DNA of 63,742 nucleotides, counting the filler, from Cercozoa sp. M6MM (lineage: Eukaryota > Protista > Endomyxa: Ascetosporea), in the NCBI GenBank assembly GCA_040357565.1. It is 9 parts of 9 records of this genome, joined end to end, with 100 filler letters (N's around TTAATTAATTAA, not from the genome) between each part and the next. Parts side by side here need not be neighbours in the genome. Positions count along the whole stretch, not along the records: positions 51,927 to 60,881 come from JBDODJ010000501.1; positions 60,982 to 62,543 come from JBDODJ010001994.1; positions 62,644 to 63,742 come from JBDODJ010002179.1; 6 more parts are not named here. One strand, given 5' to 3'. The first letter of the stretch is position 1. The number at the start of each line of letters is the position of its first letter. Below the pieces are notes generated by a model, which saw only the letters and a program-made list of their open reading frames with translations, was not told where the DNA came from and did not search any database. Below, in pieces: positions 53,880 to 63,742 of this stretch. The position numbers were made by a program, and so were the translations under genes.

Positions 53880-55639
53880 TTAAAAGGAGTCGATTCTCTG
53901 TCCCGGCGTTTGTGAAGGTGTATCATGTGCTGATACACAGGCGCACAGTGTCTCGTAGAAGGACAGGATCTACGCCAATACGTCCAAAAAGATAGTGCAA
54001 CACAAAGTAGATCGACACAAACAACGCAAAAAGAAAGGACGCACATGCTTGAGACGCGGAGACTCGGGCATGTGCTCGAACCACGGCAGGTCTACCGACA
54101 AGAGAAGTGTATTCACGCGGCACACCTTCCATAAGCAGGGTCACTTACCGCAAAGAAACTCCTCGTCAGCGTCGAGATAGGACGTGAGTGTTTTGAGTCC
54201 TTCCTGCAAGAAACCGTCTACAACAAGGAGCAAGGTACGACTAAAAAGGGCATACGCTGGCGTCGTAGGTGTCCTCGCGCAGGTGCGTGACAATGAAACT
54301 GCGCAGCGTCGGCAGCAGCACGGCGCAGTCCAGACTCGCCGCGGACGCGCGCACCTCTTGCTCTGCAGACAGGCACCCGCGTATCAATACTCTGCTTGCC
54401 TTTATTACCAACACAGTGCGGGTGTCCTACCCATGCTAGGCGGCAACGGATCGCGGTATTTCGGTCGCACGGCGGCGAATACGTCCACGCGAACATAGCG
54501 ACGCAACAGTTGTGCACTACCCATCGTATAACACAAAAATGCATAGAGTACAAGGACTGGGTGTATCGATTAAATAAGACAGGCTTACAGTGCGCGCACG
54601 TTGTTCAAGTGCGTGACCTTCCAAACCTCCTGCTGCGCCGTTTCTACAGAGTGACAAATCAAAATCACCTGTATCAACACACTATGGCACAGATGCGATA
54701 GAGGGTGTACCCTGCTCGGTGTGACGCAGGATCTGCTTGGCAAAGTCCGACAGCAGAACGCTGCCGTCGGCGGCTGCAACCACACGCAGTAATACTCAGC
54801 TATGACGACACTGTGTATAGACATGTGTAAGAATACCAGTGTCGGCGATCTGCACGCCGGCATCGGCGGTGCTTACGACGAAACTGACCACAGTGTGCCT
54901 GCGACATGTATGCATGAGTACCAACTGCTGTCCTTCATTCCCCTTGTGCGCAACAAAAAAGAAAAGGTACAGTCGCTCCAGCAGCAGCTGTGCCACGCAC
55001 GGCGCAGTCACCACGCGTTTCACCTGGAGCAGCAACGGACATCAACACTGTTCTCACAAAGAAATTCAGGGGTGGGGGAAGGGTACCGTTTCCAACAGCT
55101 GAGACGACGCCGGTCTCTGGGCAATCTGGCGCGACAGACGACCCAGCAGCGCCTCCTACTCTCTCACAAATACAGAGATGCATGTATAGGTCGGTCGAGG
55201 GAGCGGAAAAAGCACCTGAGCAGCAGCAGTGTCGCCTTCGTTACCATCGGCAACGTTGTCGGACGAGCCGGACTGGTCCTTGCCCTGGGCACTGCGGTAG
55301 GCGTACGTAACCGTCGGCAGCTCGAGGTCCACCAGCGGCAGGCACACAAAGACCGTCTGTACATTTAGATAGATAGACAGATGAATGGCAGATGAGACTA
55401 GATACGGCAACACGGCGCTGCAGCTGCTCGAGAGCCTCCTCGTTCCACTCGTCTGTACTTGCACTTGCATGATGAATTGAGACGAGAACAAGGGGATGTG
55501 CATACCTGTGCCAAAGAAGGAGTCGGCCACATGCGCGCGGAACTCGGACACGGCATCGTCACTGCACACAAGTGTGTGTGCGTGCGTGTGTGTGCGTGCG
55601 TGTGTGTGCGTGCGTGTGTGTGTATATGTGTGTGTGCGC

Positions 55640-55688
<49 letters not shown>

Positions 55689-55698
55689 NNNNNNNNNN

Positions 55699-55747
<49 letters not shown>

Positions 55748-58700
55748 CTAGCAATGCGATACCGAAGCGCCATCAAGCGAGTAATGTGGCGCGAAGACAC
55801 CTGCACGAACGACCCATGAGGAGTACCTCCACCAGAGAATGAGAAGCAATACGGTATCCACAGGAGCCGTGCTGGGAACGAACTCGCGTGCCATACCAAC
55901 GTACTACGCACACGACACGTGTCGTACCACCACAATAGCAACAGGCAAAAGCGGTACCTCGTTGTGCAGTTCGACAACGGCACGCATCGCCATGAGGGGA
56001 CAGATGCCCTACAAAAATACACGTGCATATATTTAATGCTATATATACTCAGAATGGTTTTTTTATACCTCATCCTTCTCGGAAGGCAGCGTGAGTGACA
56101 CGGCAGCACTCGCATCCATGTGCAGTGCCTGTTGGCACAAACCATTACACAAACTGTTGACACGAGGCGTGCTGAGAGGAGAGCTACCTTGTAGACACGC
56201 GGTAGCTCGAGGCAGCCGAAGCGGTCCACTGCGACATCAACCGGTTGGATATAACAATAAAAAACCTGAAGGAAGGAGGCAAACGCACCATGCGGCCAGA
56301 TGGCGTTCCACGCCTGGCAGAATCCTATACCAAGGGGGGGGGGTAAGGGGAAAACACAGGGAAGGGCGGAAAAGAACCTTCGAACTGCACATGCGTACGC
56401 GCGTCAGTAATCACGTCACCCAGCTTGGTCTCGCGCGCCTCAACTTTGGAGATACGCCGATCGTGTCTACATGACAGTAGTACAACATATCATGGTACAT
56501 AATAAAAACAAAATATATCCATGTCAGCAAAATATGTAGTATATGGCTGCCAGAAGGTGAATAAACCGCTCGTGCATGGTGCGCAAGAAGGCACGTGCTG
56601 AAGGTAAGTGCGGCAAAGCCGTCTGTCCAGAAAAGTAAAGCTTAGTATTATACTGGTAAAGCCTGATACCAGCTGCTCCAGTTCATCACAGAAGCGCGCC
56701 AGCAGACGCAACTGATCGCGTCGTTCCTGCGGCAGCAACTACACACAAAGCACACAAGGATGGTCCGCACAACACAACCAGTAAACAGAGACATACGGTG
56801 AGACGGCGTCGCAAGTCCTCGACACTAGCGCGACGCCGCACGGCGTACACTGTGCTCTCCTGCGTTTGTACACCAGGAAAAATCGGTCAGTCGGAACAGA
56901 AGCGTAAACTGGGGGGGGGGGGGGGCTACCGCTTGGCGCCGGGTCAACTCGGCCGCAAAGACCCCTACACTCGCACACACCAGTACGTGCATAGTCACAC
57001 GCCGAACAAGAGAGAGAAGGTACCACCAAGGTCGTCCTCACGCGGCGCGTACTTGACCAGCAGATCGGCTGCCGTGGTCTTCGACATGGCCGCCGTCACC
57101 TGCGCCGACACGTGCTGCTCCCAGGCCGCTCGCTGCAGCCCCCAACATTACAGACACACATATACAACACGACACAAGTAAGGGTGAAAACGAAGACAGT
57201 AGAGTACGTCTGAGAGTGTGGCGAAGGACGCGTTGCAGTCCTTCAGTCCGCACAGCAGGTGCTGCACGCGGAGACCCAGGTCCTGTCAAAGCAGCACAAA
57301 CGTAGCAGCATACGGGGTAAGGCTTGTAACCATCCAGCGACAGACACACCTCGTAGGACAGACCCGTCAACTTGTGCAACACCTCCCAATCGTCTGTATG
57401 ACAGGTGCAAATACACATACACATCCACACACACACGCGCGCGGTACCCTCGAGTCGCAGCTGGGTGAGGCTAATATCTTGGTCCTTGTACTGCAGGCAC
57501 ATGAGACTGTGCAGCAGGATGCGCATGACGCGATACGACTACACACACACAAGGTACCGGGCATCTGCATCGACAGAAAGCAGAATAAGAGGGACGCAGG
57601 CAGAGAATTACCACAGGCGGCAGGCCTCGTGCCGACAGGTGGTTGCCAGACTGTCGCTCCTCTTGTAGCGACGGTAGCGCGTAGCCCTTGGGCGATTGAT
57701 CCGAGGCGGCACTGCGCTGGTGATAGTTTGTGTTGCCGGCGAGATTGGTGTCGACGTCTTGATTGTTTCCCAGCAGGTTGTGATTGGTACCACCGATCTT
57801 GGCCCCACACTCGGAGCTATGCGGACATACACGCGGAAAAATAAGGGAGAGGTTAGAGTCACATGGAGTTTCTCAACCATCGCAGGATCTCGGTGGGTCG
57901 GCCACAGCGATCAACATAGTAGGAGTGTCCGTTGGGACACTTGTACTGTTGGACACACGTGTATACAGATTACCCTTGAAACACACAGACACACAGACAC
58001 ACACACACACACACACGCACACCACACGCACAGACACACAGACACAGACACAGACACAGGGCAAGGAAGCAGTACCCAGCGACCGCCCAGGGCACGAATA
58101 GCCATGGCTGTTGCATCCTCCGGCTACGTGTTGTCGGCATACAAGAATACAGAGATATACAGCCATATGCAGCCATGGTGCTGGAGAGACTGCGCACCTG
58201 ACACGGCAGGTAGTAGTCCGACGGCTGCTCCAGAACCTGCATCAGCGGTCGGAAAAACTCGAGTGCCGACATGTGGACTGCACAAAGATACATGGACGCT
58301 AACCATCATGTCCGGAACCGAGAACACAAAAGAAACGCACCAATGACACGCGCCATGCTGATGTTCTTCTGCGTCGATGACTTGGTCACCTGTGTCACAG
58401 GAACATAGCAAACCACGCAGCTGGACAGTCAAAGCAGGGGCCTACACGGGCTAGTGGCGTGCACAGACGCTTCCACATAGCGCCAAGTGCCGCGTGCTGC
58501 CGCACAGCACTCTCAGCGGCCACTACATGCGCACGCATATCCATAATTACATGTATGGTACCTACACGTATGCACACATATAGATGTGTCGGTACCCATC
58601 AGTCGCACAGATTCTTGTCGCAGCATGTCCTGCGCACCGCGCATCGTCGTCCACTCGTGCCAGAAGGCAACGGCACCGACCGACGGTTCCATTTGGTTCA

Positions 58701-59875
58701 GTGCCTGCACTCACCGAAAGAACTGAAAGAAGGACAGCGGTGGCCACACCCCCAGGCACCTCAAGGTCGCCCGACATGGCAAGCTGGATGTTGCGGTACG
58801 TCTCCTGTGTCACACACAGACACTCGCATAGAGAGAGGGCAGCACTGAGCAAGGCAACACGTACCGACCACTGCGGCAGGCACTGCATCGCATTGTGTCG
58901 TGGCAGAACGCTCTCTTCGCCCGTTCCCTGGAAAGATGGAACAGTCACAGGGTCGCACCGAGTCTCGAGAACGAAGAAATACATGCCAGGACCTACCAAG
59001 AAGTACTTGAGAGGCGCCTCCTGCTGACACCACTGGCGCAGCCATAGACTGTCCGACTGCACAGATATCAAGAGTAAGGCGCAGGGGCAAGGGGTATTTG
59101 GGCGACCTACAATGAGTGGGTGTCGCGCCAGCGTACGACGCACTGCGGAGATACCACCCTGCGACGCCATCTCACGCACACTGCTCACACACACAACACA
59201 CATACATACTGTACAGGCACCCACACAGACACAGACACACAGACAAGACACAGACACAGGCACACAGACACAGACACAGACAAACACAGGCACACACAAG
59301 CACACACATGAACACAGGGTGCAGGGTGCTACAAGAGCATGCGAGCAGCGCGCGACTTGAGTAGCAATGCGTCCATCTAACCGAACGAAGGGAAGTATAA
59401 CTGGGCACTTCAATACCATTGATACAAATGACACCAATTCCAGTTTCTCCGCCAGTTCGGCCTGATCGCCCTCTGAACAAACCACAAGACGCATATGTGG
59501 ACGGAACATAATGGACAAGGCACGCACAATGCGGAATGAGCAACGGTACGGTTCACGCAGAGGGCGGCACATCGCGTCAGAATGCTTTGCGCACTGATCG
59601 CCGTCGACAGCGCCTCCTGCACAGTATACCATCGGTCAAGGCCAAACACGTCCGCACGGACACAAAAAGTCTGAGATACGCGAGCGTTAGACGGCGACAG
59701 GTAGCACTGCGCCTTGTCGTTGTCCTACGAGGAGAAATACGGGGCAAGCGAGGCATGGACGGAACGAAACAAGACAGGGTGTAATTTACAGACAAGGCGA
59801 CGTAGGCACATGCGAGCGACGATAACTCAAACTTGGACTCGTCGCGCTCGAATTCCACTTGCAGCTACAACACAT

Positions 59876-59913
<38 letters not shown>

Positions 59914-60840
59914 ACAGACACATAGACAGACACACAGACACACAGACACACACACAGACACAGACACACAGCGAGAGAGTGCACACCTGATGCAGCACAA
60001 TGTCATCAGCATTGTCACAGTGCGCATGCACCAATCTGCCCGCACAAACATACAACCCAAGTCAGCACATAACTTGTACAAACGACGACAGCAGCGAGAC
60101 TCCTCTACCGCAGTAGAGCCGCGCACGACGATACATCCGGCAGCACTGCTCACACACACAAGAGAGGGTTAAAGCTGATCAACATACAGGTGTAAATGCA
60201 ACGTACGGTATCGGAACTTCATGTCTGATGACAGCTCAAGCGCCTACATGAGGTTCAAGATCATACATGAACATGCTCTGTGGCAGCGACAAAGAAGCCA
60301 ACTGTACCCTCGCACAGACAGCCGCGTTGTTGTCGCCATACATTAGCAGGTGCCGCAGCAGGCGTCGCAAACACGCGCGCGCACGAGCCGCATCGCCGCC
60401 TGTCGAAATGTGGAAGTGCAGATGATACTATACAGCAGGATAGAGTAGACACTGAGGAATACCGTTAGCACGGCACATCTGAAGCACCCCGAGAGCGCCA
60501 TTCAGCACAGCCACGGGGTTACTCAGAGCGGCACACAAGACGCTGCGCATGCCGTTAAAGGTTTCGTTCCTGCGCGGAAAGTATGTATGCGTATTTATGC
60601 GCAACACTCCTATATTATCAGGTCTGATAAAGGAAGGTGGGTGCGACTGTACATGCGATCGATGACACCGTCGAACTGGGCAAAGAAGTGCGCCAGCACT
60701 GAGTATCTGTCCAAAAAGTGCTTGTATTTGTGTGGTATAGACAGATTGATCTATAAGTAATATATATTGGATGTACCGATCCACGAGAACAGCACCATCG
60801 GCATCGCACGCCTCCAGAACCGCTGTGACACCGACCAGAC
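53880..60840 (-). CDS. RNF213: RNF213/mysterin-like E3 ubiquitin ligase, C-terminal region including RZ finger (5' truncated by contig end)
   Basis: Spliced PEDATAMAIRALGGRW|YKCPNGHSYYVDRCGRPTEILRC|SECGAKIGGTNH...SARGLPPV|SYRVMRILLH; C-terminal DVFAAVRPKYRDPLP...LDCAVLLPTLRSFIVTHL...LKTLTSYL...LPWFEHMPE; TAA at 53880-53882. Confidence 0.85.
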
Positions 60841-61084
60841 ATCACACACAGACATCACACACAGACACACACACACACACANNNNNNNNNNNNNNNNNNN
60901 NNNNNNNNNNNNNNNNNNNNNNNNNTTAATTAATTAANNNNNNNNNNNNNNNNNNNNNNNNNNNNNNNNNNNNNNNNNNNNCCCCCCCCCCCCCCCCGGG
61001 GGGGGGGGTAAACGGGGTAAACGGGAGGGGGTAAGGGGGGTAAACAGGGGGGTAAACAGGGGGGGGGGTAAACAGGGGGGTAAG

Positions 61085-62400
61085 CCTACTCAAATATGAC
61101 ACATGGAACGCGCCGAAGAAGTGCTTTCTGCAAGGAAGTCAGGTAGAAGGAAAAGGGTCGGGAGTAAAGGGGTAAGTACAGTCTCAGAATGACGCAATTC
61201 GCCAGCACACTCGCATCATCTAAAAAGAACGAATTTCGAAATTAGCGACGAAGCAAAGCACGAATTTCGAAATTAGCGACGAAGCAAAGCACGAATTTTG
61301 AAATTAGCGACGAAGCTTTTCAAAAATTTCGAAATCAGCGACGAAGCTTTTCAAAAATTTCGAAATCAGCGACGAAGCCTGTCGAGAAAAGCTGTTTCGC
61401 ACCGCATTCTGCCGACAGTCGCAAAAGCTTCGTCGCGCCTTCGAACGCCAAAAGCGCCGTTGCTTGCCACGGCGATTTGTCTGCGCTTTCGCTCCTCCGC
61501 GCGGACGCGAGAAACGCTGTCGCCACCTGATCCAGACCTGACCACCCCCAAATTAATCTGCAGAAAACAACAACAACAAAAGAAGGCAAAAACTACATTC
61601 TGTCGCCGCGTTTCGCAAAAACTCGTCGCCGTGACCCGCGCCTACGAAAGCTTCAACTTGAGAAAACTCGAAAAGCTTTTCAACTTTAACCGAAAAAGCT
61701 TCGTTCGACTCGAAAAAAGCTCCAGTTCGAACAGCCGCGACTTGAAAGCGAAAGCGTCGACTTGAAAGCGAAAGCTTTAGCTTGAAAAGTAAAAGCGAAA
61801 CCAAAAGCGAAACCAAAAGCAAAAGCTCAGAACTCAAAGCAAAGCAAAACGACAGAAAGCTGAAAAAGCGAAATCTTACGCTGACGAGCACAAGCGGCGG
61901 CGAAGAAACTTTGAACGGCGCAGTCGCGAATCTGCCAACTCACGGAATCACAGTTTTGAAAAGCGACACAAGCAAAAGCAAGAGAAAGTCGCTTACGTCA
62001 GCACGCGCGTCGAGACAGAGTCGCGACAGCAGCTGCAGCGTCTGTCGCACTGCCGTTTCGTCCTCCTGCAACAAAGCAACGCTTTTGCTTCGCCCAAAGT
62101 GAAAGAAGCGAAAGAAGCGAAAGAAGCAAATCCGAAAGCGAAAGTTGAAACGAAAGCGAAAGCGAAAGCGAAAGTTGAAACGAAAGCGAAAGCTACGAGT
62201 GTATCGACGAAATTCCACGCAACGCGAATCGCCGAAAACGCGGCATTTTCCTGTTTTTACCATTTTGTTTCGCTTCGATTGCTTTGGATTTCGAAACGAA
62301 GCTTTGAAGCAAAACGAACCAGCGCGTTCTGTTCGGCAAGAATTCCGACGAATTTCACCGTTTCACGACGACAAGTTCCGTCGCTGCGCCAATGCAACTC
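61085..62400 (-). CDS. Internal exons of an unidentified gene
   Basis: Exon-like frames (RETVKFVGILAEQNAL; LLQEDETAVRQTLQLLSRLCLD; EAFVGAGHGDEFLRNAATE) separated by repeat-rich introns. Confidence 0.4.
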
Positions 62401-62543
62401 AACTCAACCCAAAGCAACTCAACTCAACTCAAAGCAAAGCAACTCAACTCAACTCAAAGCAAAGCAAAGCAGCTCAACTCAACTCAACTCAACTCAACTC
62501 AACTCAACTCAACTCAACTCAACTCAACTCAACTCAACTCAAC
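62395..62543. repeat. (AACTC)n pentanucleotide repeat
   Basis: Near-perfect tandem to contig end; same (GAGTT)n motif in myosin introns at 46852-46872. Confidence 0.95.
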
Positions 62544-62667
62544 NNNNNNNNNNNNNNNNNNNNNNNNNNNNNNNNNNNNNNNNNNNNTTAATTAATTAAN
62601 NNNNNNNNNNNNNNNNNNNNNNNNNNNNNNNNNNNNNNNNNNNGTTTACCCCCCCCCCCCCGGGCAG

Positions 62668-63621
62668 ACGGCACGGCGGCGTGCGGGTGCGGCGTCGGTG
62701 ACGGAGGAGGCGTTCCGCGCGGACGTGTGTGGCCTGGTGGAGTGCGCCGTCGTGGTGGCGGTCGCCGTGGCGACGGAACCGTGGTCGCACGTGTCACTGG
62801 GAGCGTCAGTGGGAGCGTGGCACGTGGTGACCCACGCGGCCAGTCTGGGCAGCTCACTGGGCGCGCTGCTGTCGCTCGTGTTCGCGTGCGACGGCAGTGC
62901 CGACGGTGCCGACGGTGCCGATGATGCCGATGATCCCAGTGATGATCCCAGTGATGATCCCAGTGATGATCCCAGTGATACCAGTGATGATACCAGTGAT
63001 GACGGTGATGATGCCACTGACGGTGTGGCCGGCGACGCCATGTGCCGCCTCGTGCTGCCGCTGCTGCCGCGCCTGCCGCGACCGGCCGCGCAACTGGCCG
63101 ACGCCTGCCGCGCCGTCGTGCGCTCGGCGCGCGCCTGCGACCACGTGGCGCGCGTGCGACTGGCCGCCGCCGCGTACGCGCGGATGCGCAACACGCTCAT
63201 CCGCGCGGACGACGACATCCGCGCGGACACCGACATCCGCGCGGACACCGACATCCGCGCGGACACTGACATCCGCGCGGACACCGACGCAGACATCCGC
63301 GCGGACATCCGCGCGGACACACTGCGCCGCTGCGAGGACTGGCTGTGGCACGCGCTGACGGCGACGCGGCGCGGCGTCGTGGCGCGGCACCTCAGCAACT
63401 GCCTGGCGTGCCTGCTGCCGCACGGCGACCCGGTGCCACGTGTCATGCGACTGCTCACTCAGCTGACCACTCAGGTGACCACTCAGGTGGCCACCCAAGT
63501 GACCACTGACTCTGAGACTGAGCACGTGGCCACTCGGACTGCCCACGTGGCCACTCGGGGCAACACGGTGGCGCTGCGACGACTCGTGCGACTGCTGCTG
63601 CTGCTCGTGCGGCGCGACTCG
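62668..63621 (+). CDS. Large internal exon of an unidentified protein with DDPS and DIRADT repeats
   Basis: Stop-free frame from CAG acceptor (62665-62667) to GTAC donor near 63622, flanked by C-rich intron repeats; absent from the ORF track, probably because no stop closes it in the window. Confidence 0.6.
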
Positions 63622-63629
63622 GTACTTGC

Positions 63630-63742
63630 CTCCCCTTTGCCCCCCTGTTTACCCCCCTGTTTACCCCCCTGTTTACCCCCCCTATTTACCCCCCTGTTTA
63701 CCCCCCTGTTTATCCTCGTATTTACTCCCTGTTTACCCCCCT
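63630..63742 (+). repeat. C-rich CCCCCTGTTTA tandem repeat (intronic)
   Basis: Direct tandem to window end. Confidence 0.9.

Overview
Gene-dense, intron-rich eukaryotic (protist-like) DNA using the standard genetic code. The window is nine contigs concatenated with an artificial N-TTAATTAATTAA-N spacer, so genes across spacers are not neighbours. Rhizaria is a plausible source, inferred only from the Ras sequence style. Genes have many short GT-AG introns (about 50-200 nt), often filled with microsatellites or C-rich TTTACCCCC repeats, and frequently alternate in orientation. Recognisable genes: zinc-ribbon NUDIX hydrolase, squalene synthase (5' part), Ras, HINT, Rad5/16-like SNF2 ATPase, DPH7, EMC7, REEP/Yop1, RPL14, RCC1-repeat protein, JmjC protein, Miro (3' part), Rpt1/PSMC2, myosin heavy chain, fatty acyl-CoA reductase, TMEM208, a B-box protein, and the C-terminal part of an RNF213/mysterin-like E3 ligase with an intact RZ finger split by an intron. 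Mobile DNA: (i) a complete 2,577-bp Merlin DNA transposon with TIRs, a perfect 9-bp TSD and an apparently intact 7-exon DDE transposase; (ii) a 908-bp TIR element (CCCCGAGAAC ends, degenerate 8-bp TSD) carrying what looks like a decayed Crinkler-type P-loop NTPase, with two more copies of the same end elsewhere. The second element is the best candidate for an undescribed system. All gene models were spliced by eye and no database searches were run.
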